A stretch of 29,527 nt of DNA from an uncultured Clostridium sp. (GCA_947087745.1 CAMUDX010000022.1:1-29527); one strand, 5' to 3'. Positions 9,039 through 16,604 are shown, counted from the stretch's first letter. Numbers and translations: made by a program. Notes: generated by a model from the sequence alone, not told the origin.

Positions 9039-9055
9039 TACGACACAATTCGACA
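9039..9055 (-). promoter_or_regulatory. tandem Spo0A-box-like operator
   Basis: The bottom strand reads TGTCGAA-TTG-TGTCGTA: one exact 0A box (TGNCGAA consensus) plus a 6/7 box at a 10-bp period. It lies between the divergent T4SS-like operon and the DUF1858 gene, immediately upstream of the TATAAT at 9058-9063. Confidence 0.45.
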
Positions 9056-9093
9056 ATTATAATATTTTATAAGATTTGAAAGGGGATGAAAGT

Positions 9094-9279
9094 ATGAAAT
9101 TTAACAAAGATACACAAATCGGAGAATTATTAGAAGTTGCTCCAGAAAAGGCAGAAATATTATTAGAAGCTGGAATGCATTGCCTAGGATGTCCTGCCTC
9201 ACAAATGGAAACATTAGAGGAAGCATGTGAAGTACATGAAATAGATGTAAACGAGTTATTAAAAAAGCTAAATGCGTAA
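9094..9279 (+). CDS. DUF1858 / hybrid-cluster-protein-associated redox disulfide domain protein
   Basis: 61 aa with the GMHCLGCP motif. The ATG at 9094 follows AAAGGGGA by 7 nt, so the listed TTG at 9076 is unlikely to be the start. Confidence 0.7.
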   Translation: MKFNKDTQIGELLEVAPEKAEILLEAGMHCLGCPASQMETLEEACEVHEIDVNELLKKLNA

Positions 9280-9351
9280 TTAATTAAAATGCAAATTTAT
9301 ATTCAATATAGAAAAAACTTACAAAAAGACAAAAATTTTGAAAAAAACCTA

Positions 9352-9380
9352 TTGACATTATAACGAAAATGTAGTAACAT
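9352..9380 (+). promoter_or_regulatory. promoter of the tRNA cluster
   Basis: TTGACA (9352-9357), 17-bp spacer, TAACAT (9375-9380), about 35 nt upstream of the first tRNA. Confidence 0.5.
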
Positions 9381-9413
9381 ATAAGGGTGTTGTTTAAATA
9401 CACACAAGGTGAT

Positions 9414-9489
9414 GGGCTATTAGCTCAGGTGGTAGAGCACTTGACTTTTAATCAAGTTGTCCCGCGTTCGAGTCGCGGATAGCTCACCA
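9414..9489 (+). tRNA. tRNA-Lys (anticodon UUU)
   Basis: 76 nt cloverleaf. Acceptor GGGCTAT/ATAGCTC, anticodon loop CTTTTAA, T-arm CCGCG-TTCGAGT-CGCGG, encoded CCA. Confidence 0.95.
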
Positions 9490-9492
9490 AAA

Positions 9493-9518
9493 TGAATATT
9501 GATGTACATCAATATTCA
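9493..9518. repeat. 26-bp perfect palindrome in the tRNA-Lys/tRNA-Glu spacer
   Basis: TGAATATTGATGT|ACATCAATATTCA is its own reverse complement. Confidence 0.9.
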
Positions 9519-9526
9519 CTATATAA

Positions 9527-9601
9527 GGCCCCTTGGTCAAGCGGTTAAGACATCGCCCTTTCACGGCGGAGACATGGGTTCGATTCCCGTAGGGGTCACC
9601 A
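9527..9601 (+). tRNA. tRNA-Glu (anticodon UUC)
   Basis: 75 nt. Acceptor GGCCCCT/AGGGGTC, anticodon loop CTTTCAC, T-loop TTCGATT, encoded CCA. Confidence 0.95.
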
Positions 9602-9605
9602 AAAT

Positions 9606-9681
<76 letters not shown>

Positions 9682-9685
9682 AGCT

Positions 9686-9721
9686 AAAACCTAGACTTTC
9701 TAAGAATTGTCTAGGTTTTTT
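9686..9721. terminator. bidirectional intrinsic terminator after the tRNA cluster
   Basis: Stem AACCTAGAC / GTCTAGGTT (9 bp), with an A-run before and a TTTTTT run after. Confidence 0.8.
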
Positions 9722-9775
9722 GTTTGCCTATTTTGCATTAAATATAATCAATATTTTAAACATTTTCAATAGTTT

Positions 9776-9796
9776 AGTGTGTCAAAAAGTGTGTCA
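9776..9796 (+). repeat. tandem direct 9-mer AGTGTGTCA-AAA-AGTGTGTCA
   Basis: Exact 9-nt direct repeat at a 12-nt period. It shares the TGTGTC core with the boxes at 9039-9055 and 10010-10026. Confidence 0.85.
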
Positions 9797-9827
9797 GGTT
9801 TTTAGTAAATCGTTAAGTTTATTTGGC

Positions 9828-9980
9828 TCAATGCACAACTTCTTTTGTTAAAACTATACCATACTCCATATCATTACTTGTTATAGGAACATGATATTTT
9901 GAGCTTATTTTATTTCCATCGCCTTCAATAGGCAAGACATTAACTTTATCTGCATGCATACTTTGAGATTGATTTTGCAT
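9828..9980 (-). CDS. hypothetical small protein (50 aa if started at the ATG at 9980)
   Basis: Open frame MQNQSQSMHADKVNVLPIEGDGNKISSKYHVPITSNDMEYGIVLTKEVVH. No convincing SD and no family motif recognised. The longer listed version (to 10040) would run through the operator-like repeats. Confidence 0.25.
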   Translation of the reverse strand: MQNQSQSMHADKVNVLPIEGDGNKISSKYHVPITSNDMEYGIVLTKEVVH

Positions 9981-10009
9981 ATTACAGTATAATTTACTAA
10001 AATATGTGT

Positions 10010-10026
10010 ATTGACACATTTCGACA
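10010..10026 (-). promoter_or_regulatory. tandem Spo0A-box-like operator
   Basis: The bottom strand reads TGTCGAA-ATG-TGTCAAT: an exact 0A box plus a 5/7 box at a 10-bp period. It lies between the divergent small ORFs at 9828-9980 and 10086-10259. Confidence 0.45.
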
Positions 10027-10085
10027 CAATTAATTTGCAAAATATGTTAAAATATAAAAAAATATAAAAAGTAGGGAGAGATAAT

Positions 10086-10259
10086 ATGGAAGAATATTAT
10101 TTAAAATCTCTACAAATGATAAAAATATTAAATATACAAAAAGAAAAAGAATATAATGAACTATTAGAAGACTATAAATTGTTATCGCTAGAAAGTTTAA
10201 AATACATGGCAAAAACGAGAAGTTTTAGAAAAATAAAAAAGCTTGCGGAAGACTTATAA
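10086..10259 (+). CDS. small hypothetical protein, 57 aa, partial paralog of the downstream Spo0E-like protein's C-terminus
   Basis: Below the ORF-track cutoff. GTAGGGAGAG SD lies 5-6 nt before the ATG. Translation: MEEYYLKSLQMIKILNIQKEKEYNELLEDYKLLSLESLKYMAKTRSFRKIKKLAEDL. It shares LL.S.ESLKY with residues DLLCSESLKYI of the next gene. Confidence 0.45.
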   Translation: MEEYYLKSLQMIKILNIQKEKEYNELLEDYKLLSLESLKYMAKTRSFRKIKKLAEDL

Positions 10260-10374
10260 ATTCGCTTCTACAATTTAAAAATGCAATTAAATCGTATGAA
10301 GTAATATAAGACATGTATACTAAAATATAATATGTTAAAATATTTAAAACAGAAGATAAATGAGGAGTAATAAA

Positions 10375-10719
10375 ATGCCAGACAGATTTGAAATATTAAG
10401 AAAGAGATTACATGAATCAATTAAAAAGAATGGAATAAGTTTTGAAAAAACAAGAAGAATAAGTGCAAAATTTGACGCATTAGTAAATTCATATTATACA
10501 GATGAAATACAATTTCATAGAGATAGTATAATGTATACAAAATATAAAGAGTCAATAAATACTCTAAGAAAATTGACTCGAGAATATAGAAAATTTCCCA
10601 CAACAGATTTTTGGGACAAATATGCCAAAGAAAAAGACTTATTATGTTCAGAGAGTTTAAAATATATCACTGGACTGAATTGGCATAATCCTAGAAACAG
10701 AACACTTTTAGAGAAGTGA
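10375..10719 (+). CDS. Spo0E-family-like (aspartyl-phosphate phosphatase-like) N-terminal domain fused to an extra C-terminal helical domain
   Basis: The ATG at 10375 follows TGAGGAG by 7 nt. The N-terminus FEILRKRLHESIKKNGISFEKTRRISAKFDALVNSYY parallels the Spo0E/YisI/YnzD pattern (I..KR..L...G......SQELD.L.N.Y). The C-terminal FPTTDFWDKYAKEKDLLCSESLKYITGLNW resembles homing-endonuclease-associated repeats. Confidence 0.5.
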   Translation: MPDRFEILRKRLHESIKKNGISFEKTRRISAKFDALVNSYYTDEIQFHRDSIMYTKYKESINTLRKLTREYRKFPTTDFWDKYAKEKDLLCSESLKYITGLNWHNPRNRTLLEK

Positions 10720-10741
10720 AAAAAATCTTAAAAAATTTTTA

Positions 10742-10780
10742 AAATAAGTTTGTAGTATTTTCAATACTACAGACTTATTT
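10742..10780. terminator. long hairpin terminator after the Spo0E-like gene
   Basis: About 18-bp stem AAATAAGTTTGTAGTATT / AATACTACAGACTTATTT with a 3-nt loop. Confidence 0.6.
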
Positions 10781-10786
10781 GTCGAA
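10780..10786 (+). promoter_or_regulatory. exact Spo0A box TGTCGAA
   Basis: Exact heptamer on the top strand, abutting the terminator hairpin. Confidence 0.35.
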
Positions 10787-10823
10787 AATGGGTTTTAATT
10801 TTTCGTTCTATATATTATATAAA

Positions 10824-10830
10824 TGTCGAA
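10824..10830 (+). promoter_or_regulatory. exact Spo0A box TGTCGAA
   Basis: Exact heptamer in the same orientation, 44 bp downstream of the box at 10780, immediately before an AGAGGGGA SD-like element. Confidence 0.35.
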
Positions 10831-11016
10831 AGAGGGGATTATTATATAAAAAATGAAAAATTAAAACAAATAAAGAAGGATGAAGATAGTTTATCGAAAA
10901 GATTGCAAAAAAATATGGACAAAGTAGAAAAGTTAGTATATTATTAATAAAAATATGTAAAGATAACGAAGTAGATGACATTGATAGTGTTTTAGAAAGT
11001 TTTAAGAGGTAAAAAG

Positions 11017-11748
11017 TTGAAAAAAGTAATAATAATCACAGGAGCATCTAGGGGAATAGGAAGAGAAGTCTCAAAATATTTAGCAAGAGAGGGAAATATA
11101 GTAATAGCAAATTATAATAAGTCAGAAAAGCAGGCTATAGAATTGAAGGAAGAGCTAAAAAAAGAAAACATAAAAATAGATATTTTTAAGGCAGATGTTT
11201 CAAAACGAGAAGAAGTTAAAGAAATGATAAAATTTGTTATAAGTAAATTTGGTAAAATAGATGTATTAATAAATAATGCTGGTATATCAGAAGTTAAGAT
11301 GTTCACAGATGTAACAGATGAAGATTGGAATAGAATAATAAATACAAATTTATATTCAGCTTTTTGCATGACTCAAGAAGTCTTAGAAAATATGGTACAT
11401 AATAAAAAAGGATGTATTATTAATATCTCATCAATTTGGGGAATGGTAGGTTCTTCATGTGAAGCAATTTATTCTATTTCAAAAGCAGGGATAGATGCAC
11501 TTACAAAATCTCTTGCGAAAGAATTAGGACCAAGTAATATTAGGGTTAATTCTATAGCACCAGGGATAATTGATACAACTATGAATAATATGCTTTCGGA
11601 AGAAGATATTAATGATATAACAAGTAATATTCCACTTGGGAAAATAGGTAGCACACTAGATATTGCAAAATGTATAAAATGGATAATTGAAGATGAATAT
11701 ACAACAGGTCAAATAATTTCAGTAAATGGTGGTTGGGTAATTACCTAA
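11017..11748 (+). CDS. short-chain dehydrogenase/reductase, 3-oxoacyl-ACP reductase (FabG)-like
   Basis: TGASRGIG cofactor motif, NNAG, and the catalytic S...YSISKAG triad region. TTG start after AAGAGGT. Confidence 0.85.
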   Translation: MKKVIIITGASRGIGREVSKYLAREGNIVIANYNKSEKQAIELKEELKKENIKIDIFKADVSKREEVKEMIKFVISKFGKIDVLINNAGISEVKMFTDVTDEDWNRIINTNLYSAFCMTQEVLENMVHNKKGCIINISSIWGMVGSSCEAIYSISKAGIDALTKSLAKELGPSNIRVNSIAPGIIDTTMNNMLSEEDINDITSNIPLGKIGSTLDIAKCIKWIIEDEYTTGQIISVNGGWVIT

Positions 11749-11751
11749 AAT

Positions 11752-11780
11752 AAAAAACCTTATTTTTATAAGGTTTTTAT
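11752..11780. terminator. bidirectional intrinsic terminator
   Basis: AAAAACCTTA-loop-TAAGGTTTTT between convergent genes. Confidence 0.75.
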
Positions 11781-12241
11781 TCTGATACTTTTCTTCTATA
11801 ATTTCCAGATATAATTTTTGGTAGATAAGTTATTATTTTATATACTGCTAATCTAATTTTTTTATTCCATATATATGATTTTCTTAATTTTCTAGCATTT
11901 CCAATTGAAATAGAATTGGTATTTAATGCTACTAATTCAGTAGGGGCTTTTTCAATATTAAATACATAATTATTTCCATTGTTGTTATCCCATTTATTTT
12001 CACCATTTTTAAAGCAGAAGTTAAATGTTCCTACATTTAATAAAGTTATTTCACATTGATATCCTAATTCAGTTTTTTCCATCTTTTTTTCGTTGATGTT
12101 TTCCCAATTAATTCCAAAACCATAATGAATAAAAACTTCATTAGATCCATCTTGGAATAGTTCTCCAGTATAAGATAATTTAACTACACTATTTTCAATT
12201 AATTTGTCAGTATTAAAAAATATATTTTTGATTAGTTCCAT
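11777..12241 (-). CDS. carbohydrate-binding-module-like protein (CBM25/CBM53 starch-binding type) with a basic C-terminal tail
   Basis: 154 aa. Pattern VFIHYGFG..W........GYQCEI......FNFCFKNGENKWDNNNGNNYVF is typical of the WDNN-containing starch-binding modules. SD AAGGAG upstream. Confidence 0.5.
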   Translation of the reverse strand: MELIKNIFFNTDKLIENSVVKLSYTGELFQDGSNEVFIHYGFGINWENINEKKMEKTELGYQCEITLLNVGTFNFCFKNGENKWDNNNGNNYVFNIEKAPTELVALNTNSISIGNARKLRKSYIWNKKIRLAVYKIITYLPKIISGNYRRKVSE

Positions 12242-12330
12242 TTTTAAAACTCCTTATTTATCTTTTGCTGGGTACATTATAATATTATTTTCTACATTAT
12301 TCAAGTATTTTTATAAAAATTTTTTAAAAT

Positions 12331-12534
12331 TTAACCTTTTTTGCATTCTATTAATTCAGATAAATCACATTCAAAAATATAACATAAAGTGTCTAGCTCT
12401 TTTACATTTATACTAACTACTTTATTGAAATAGTATGCATTTATTCTTTTATAATTCCATTTTGTTAGTTGTTGTAATCTGTATCTAGAAATATTTTGTT
12501 TTTCCATTAATTCTTTCACTTTTAATATAATCAT
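12331..12534 (-). CDS. XRE/Cro-C1 family helix-turn-helix transcriptional regulator
   Basis: 67 aa. LMEKQNISRYRLQQLTKWNYKRINAYY...VKELDTLCYIFECDLSELI matches the short HTH_3/HTH_26 layout. SD GAGGTG upstream. Confidence 0.8.
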   Translation of the reverse strand: MIILKVKELMEKQNISRYRLQQLTKWNYKRINAYYFNKVVSINVKELDTLCYIFECDLSELIECKKG

Positions 12535-12769
12535 AATAACACCTCAATTAATATTATATTTGAAAATATTAAATTTATGTAGTACAATATTACATAGTAG
12601 TATATTATATAAAGTACGAAAGGTGAAATATTAATAGTGTACAATAATAAAATATCATAGAGATTTAAATTTTGCAATATAAGTAGAAATAATATTAGAA
12701 ACATAAACTTTTAAAGAAAAGAACAATTTTAAATAAAAGTTTAAGTTGCTATAAAATAATATGAGGGTA

Positions 12770-12799
12770 TTGACAAAGAGACTAAAAAGGTATTATAAT
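12770..12799 (+). promoter_or_regulatory. consensus sigma-A promoter for tRNA-Lys(CUU)
   Basis: TTGACA (12770-12775), 18-bp spacer, TATAAT (12794-12799). Confidence 0.65.
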
Positions 12800-12812
12800 A
12801 TCAAACAGTAAT

Positions 12813-12888
12813 GGCTCATTAGCTCAGCTGGTAGAGCAACAGACTCTTAATCTGGAGGTCCTCGGTTCGAACCCGAGATGAGTCACCA
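12813..12888 (+). tRNA. tRNA-Lys (anticodon CUU)
   Basis: 76 nt. Acceptor GGCTCAT/ATGAGTC, anticodon loop CTCTTAA, T-arm CTCGG-TTCGAAC-CCGAG, encoded CCA. Confidence 0.93.
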
Positions 12889-12893
12889 TACAG

Positions 12894-12932
12894 AACAACT
12901 TGCGAACTTATAAGGTTTGCAAGTTGTTTTTT
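12894..12932 (+). terminator. intrinsic terminator after tRNA-Lys(CUU)
   Basis: 14-bp stem AACAACTTGCGAAC / GTTTGCAAGTTGTT, followed by TTTT. Confidence 0.8.
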
Positions 12933-13021
12933 ACAAAATATAAGAGTATATTCTTACTTTTTAGTATATGTTTTCAACAAATTTATCCAATTTCTTCGAA
13001 TATACATTGTTCTAACAATTT

Positions 13022-13120
13022 TTATATATTATTTTTTATTCTATAAAAAACAATATAATTATCTACAATTAATTTTCTGATTTCTAATTTTTTTATCAAA
13101 TCATCATCTATAATTGAAAA
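13022..13120 (-). pseudogene. C-terminal fragment of a RelE/ParE-family toxin (degenerate)
   Basis: The bottom-strand frame reads IFSIIDDDLIKKLEIRKLIVDNYIVFYRIKNNI-stop. The R.LIV.NYIVFYRI block is the hallmark core of ParE/RelE toxins. There is no start codon, in-frame stops lie just upstream, and no antitoxin ORF is present. Confidence 0.35.
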
Positions 13121-13328
13121 TATTTATAGTCAATGCTTTTAAAATTATTTATATAGACTTCAATTTGAATTTTAAATAAAAAATAGAAAATTTAAAGACA
13201 AATGTTAACCTTTATGATATAATAAAAATTAGAATAATTGGGAATATATTATAGTTAATTAATTGCAGGAGAATATAATAATAATGGTTTTAACAAAATA
13301 TATAAATAGAGAGAAATGGAGATAAGTC

Positions 13329-13928
13329 ATGAAAATAGGAATTGATATTGATGATACAACATTTTTAACTGTAAAAGCAATGTTAAAATATGCTGATATA
13401 TTTGAAGAAGAAATATCTGGAATACCAACTAATAGAGATGGTTTTGGACTTATTAAAAATAGATATTACTTAAAGGCTTTATATGGATGGGATGAAAAGA
13501 CAAAATTTGCTTTTTTTGATAAATATTATAAAAATGTATTAGAAGAATGTATAATACTTCCTAATGCAAATAAAATAATACAAAAATTAAAAAAAGAAGG
13601 ACACGAAATACACTTTATTACAGCTAGATTGATGAATATAAAAAATTGTGATACTGAAACAATAACTAAAAATAGTTTAGATAGATTCAACATACCGTAT
13701 AATTCTTTAAATTTACATATTAATGATAAATTAACATTTTGTAAGAATAATGGAATTGAGTTACTGATTGAAGATAGTTATGAAACTTGTAAAGAATTAA
13801 CAGATAATGGAATTAAATCAATTTTAATGGCAACAAAAATGAATGCTAATATAGAAGATGGGAACATAGTTAGAGTAAATAATTGGGATGAAATATATGA
13901 AAAAATAATATATAATAATAAAATATGA
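13329..13928 (+). CDS. HAD-superfamily hydrolase, 5'(3')-deoxyribonucleotidase-like
   Basis: The N-terminal IGIDIDDTTF carries the DxDxT nucleophile motif. About 200 aa, the size typical of NT5C/YorS-like nucleotidases. Confidence 0.6.
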   Translation: MKIGIDIDDTTFLTVKAMLKYADIFEEEISGIPTNRDGFGLIKNRYYLKALYGWDEKTKFAFFDKYYKNVLEECIILPNANKIIQKLKKEGHEIHFITARLMNIKNCDTETITKNSLDRFNIPYNSLNLHINDKLTFCKNNGIELLIEDSYETCKELTDNGIKSILMATKMNANIEDGNIVRVNNWDEIYEKIIYNNKI

Positions 13929-14054
13929 GAAGGAATACTTGATGAAATGTAATTTTAAAGAACTAGAATGTGAAAGCTAAAATTTATAAAACAAAATACA
14001 TACAATGACAATATTGAGTTTTTGTAATAAAATAAGATAAGGGGGGCATGAAAA

Positions 14055-15014
14055 ATGATTAAAATATATAACACAGACATGATAGATGGAAAATTAAAAG
14101 AAATAAAAAATATAGAAGAAGCACAAAAAGGAGCATGGATTAATTTAACATCGCCCACGGAGACAGAGATAAAGAAAGTATGTGAAAATGTAAAAATACA
14201 AGAAGATTTTATAAGATATGCATTAGATAGTGAGGAAAAGGCCAGAATAGACCAAGAGGAAGATGACGGAACAATATTATTTATAGTAGATGTTCCCGTA
14301 GAAGATAAAACTGATGAAAATGTACTATACACAACAATGCCAATAGGTGTAATAATAGTTAGAGACGAATATATGATAACAGTATCATTAGTAAAAAACA
14401 AAATAATTGAAGCATTCGAAAAAGGAAAAATAAAAACATTTGCAACATACAAAAAAAGTAGATTTATTTTTCAAATTTTATATCAAATATCACTTAATTA
14501 TTTGGATTGTCTAAAAAAGATAAGTAAAGAAACTGAAATAGCAGAAAATGTATTACAAAAAACGATGAAAAATAAAGAACTACTAAAAATGTTAGGACTA
14601 GAAAAATCACTAGTATATTTTACAACTTCGCTAAAATCAAATGAGTTAGTAATGGAAAGAACAGCAAAAGGAAAGATAATGAAGCTATATGAGGAAGATG
14701 AAGATATATTAGATGATGCAATAGTAGAAAATAGACAAGCGATAGAAATGAGTAGAATATATAGTGATATTTTAAAAACAACTAGAGATGCATTTTCATC
14801 TATAATATCAAACAATCTAAATGGTGTAATGAAGTTCCTAACAGCCATGACAATTGTATTAGCAATACCTACTATGATATCTAGTTTTTGGGGAATGAAT
14901 GTTGGATTACCATTTCAAAATGCAAGATATGGATTTGCAATTATGTTAGGAATCTCAGTAGTAATAACATTATTAGTAACATATTGGTTGTACAAGAGGG
15001 ATATGTTGAAATAA
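14055..15014 (+). CDS. corA: CorA-family magnesium/cobalt transporter
   Basis: 319 aa. Signature FWGMNVGLPF (GMN motif) between two C-terminal TM helices. SD AAGGGGGG upstream. Confidence 0.9.
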   Translation: MIKIYNTDMIDGKLKEIKNIEEAQKGAWINLTSPTETEIKKVCENVKIQEDFIRYALDSEEKARIDQEEDDGTILFIVDVPVEDKTDENVLYTTMPIGVIIVRDEYMITVSLVKNKIIEAFEKGKIKTFATYKKSRFIFQILYQISLNYLDCLKKISKETEIAENVLQKTMKNKELLKMLGLEKSLVYFTTSLKSNELVMERTAKGKIMKLYEEDEDILDDAIVENRQAIEMSRIYSDILKTTRDAFSSIISNNLNGVMKFLTAMTIVLAIPTMISSFWGMNVGLPFQNARYGFAIMLGISVVITLLVTYWLYKRDMLK

Positions 15015-15033
15015 AATTTATATAGTAAAAGAA

Positions 15034-15072
15034 AAAGTTAAGACTATTAAAAATAATCTTAACTTTATTTTA
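15034..15072. terminator. possible bidirectional terminator after corA
   Basis: 10-bp stem AAAGTTAAGA / TCTTAACTTT with a large 13-nt loop, then ATTTTA. Confidence 0.35.
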
Positions 15073-16297
15073 TTTCTTCTCCTAATATTTTTTTAGTTAG
15101 AGTTAATGCATTTTTTAAATTATTATAAGCATTTGGACCAATAGAAGTATTCTCGCCTGATTCAAAATTAACAATAGACATTTCTGTTACCAATAATTTA
15201 TATCGTTGAATGCTAGTCGAAAATGATTTATACATATAAACTGGAATATATGATGTATTATCGATAGACATTTTACCAGTTCTTCCATTTTTAGTAAATG
15301 TTAAATTTAAAATTGCAGATGTTTTTGTATTTTCTTTAGTTTGACCTGATATAAAGTTACCTAAAGAATAAACAATAAATCCATCCTTTGTAGAGCCATC
15401 AGGTAGTGTAACTGTTCTTTTTTCCATAGGTTGCAATACATGAGGATGTCCTCCTAAAACAACATCTACACCGTTCTCAAAAAGAAAATCAGCTAATTCT
15501 TCTTGTGCTGAATTTTGTTTTGTAACATATTAAACACCCCAATGCATAAAAACACATATTAAATCAGGTTGTTTTTCTTGAGCAAGATTAATTTGCCTTT
15601 TTATTAAGTCTTTATCAATTAAATTTATACAATACTCTTTACCAGATGGAATTCTAATTCCGTTTGTTCCGTAAGTAAAACTTAAAAATGCTATCTTAAC
15701 TCCTTTTACATTTTGAATTAAAATTTGATTTTGGTCTTCTGCTGATGCATATGTCCCAGTATGTGCTATACCTGCATCATCTAAAAAGTTTAAAGTGCTT
15801 ACTAAACCTTTATATCCTTTATCAAGACTATGATTATTTGCAGTTGATAACACATCTATTCCTAATTTTTTTAAATCATATCCTAATGCTTCGGGTGTAT
15901 TGAAAGTTGGGTAGTTACTGTAGCCAACTTCTTTACCAGCAAAAGTAGTTTCTAAATTTCCTACAGTTATGTCGGCTGTTTGTAAGTAATATTCTACATC
16001 AGAAAATACATATGAGAAATCATATTCTTTTGTAGTAGAATTATATGCATCTTTGTACTGGGTATCATGACACATAATATCTCCAACTACACTCATAGTA
16101 ATTGTTGTATCTTTAGGAGGATCTTCTTTAGGTTTTTCTGTATTATCAGAAGAAGTGGGTATTGTATTAGAATTTGTTGGGACATCAGTCCTAGAATGAT
16201 AAATGATAAGATAAATTCCCACTATCAATAATAAGAAAAATGAAAATGTTATAAAAACCTTTTTCTTATTTAACTTTTTTCCTTTTATTTTATCCAT
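15065..16297 (-). pseudogene. CapA/PGA_cap-family metallophosphoesterase-like membrane-anchored protein, interrupted by one in-frame TAA
   Basis: The listed ORFs 15530-16342 and 15065-15436 are in the same frame. Read-through gives ...FMHWGV-stop-YVTKQNSAQEELADFLFENGVDVVLGGHPHVLQP... The motifs MSVVGDIMCHD, ANNHSLDKG, HWG.(E)Y and GGHPHV are contiguous family motifs. The stop lies at 15532-15530. The likely start is the ATG at 16297, after AGGGTGA. Confidence 0.75.
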
Positions 16298-16362
16298 ATA
16301 TATCACCCTAAATAAGATATCACATTCTAGCTGTTTTTTCAATAAAATCTTAGTGTTATATA

Positions 16363-16542
16363 CTAACCTTTATTATTACTATTATGATTATTTGAATAAT
16401 TATTTAAAATGTCTTCAATTTGTTGGTTTCTTGTCTCTAAATCTGTTTCCAAAATTTGGTTTTTTAATCCTCTGAAATCTTTTTGTTGCATATATTGATT
16501 TTTGTTGTTATTATTAGTTTTATTATTTTTGTGATTTTCCAT
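16363..16542 (-). CDS. small Asn-rich hypothetical protein (59 aa)
   Basis: GGAGGTG lies 6 nt before the ATG at 16542. Low-complexity N/Q-rich sequence; function unknown. Confidence 0.45.
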   Translation of the reverse strand: MENHKNNKTNNNNKNQYMQQKDFRGLKNQILETDLETRNQQIEDILNNYSNNHNSNNKG

Positions 16543-16604
16543 TAAAAACACCTCCATAGAGGTATTATTTGAATTTAGGAATAAAAATATTACAAAAATA
16601 TAAA

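Noticed and set aside
9076-9093. TTG start listed for the DUF1858 gene
   Set aside because: The AAAGGGGA SD lies inside these codons and is correctly spaced for the ATG at 9094.
10030-10212. 60-aa minus-strand hydrophobic ORF
   Set aside because: It has no SD. The opposite strand carries a 57-aa ORF (10086-10259) with a good SD and a sequence block shared with the neighbouring gene, so the plus-strand reading is preferred.
10846-10947. 33-codon open frame starting at ATA, 7 nt after AGAGGGGA and just downstream of the 0A box at 10824
   Set aside because: It would be a third SD-plus-ATA case and is tempting. However, an open frame this short is expected by chance even in stop-rich DNA. It has no recognisable motif, and a 3-codon ATG ORF competes for the same SD. 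Kept only as something to look at in ribosome-profiling data.
13929-14054. M-box magnesium riboswitch upstream of corA
   Set aside because: The gap is only about 125 nt, A/T-rich, and lacks the conserved G+C-rich helices of the M-box.
13955-14452. 165-aa minus-strand ORF
   Set aside because: It overlaps the corA 5' half in antisense, is hydrophobic low complexity with no SD, and corA is well supported by the GMN motif.
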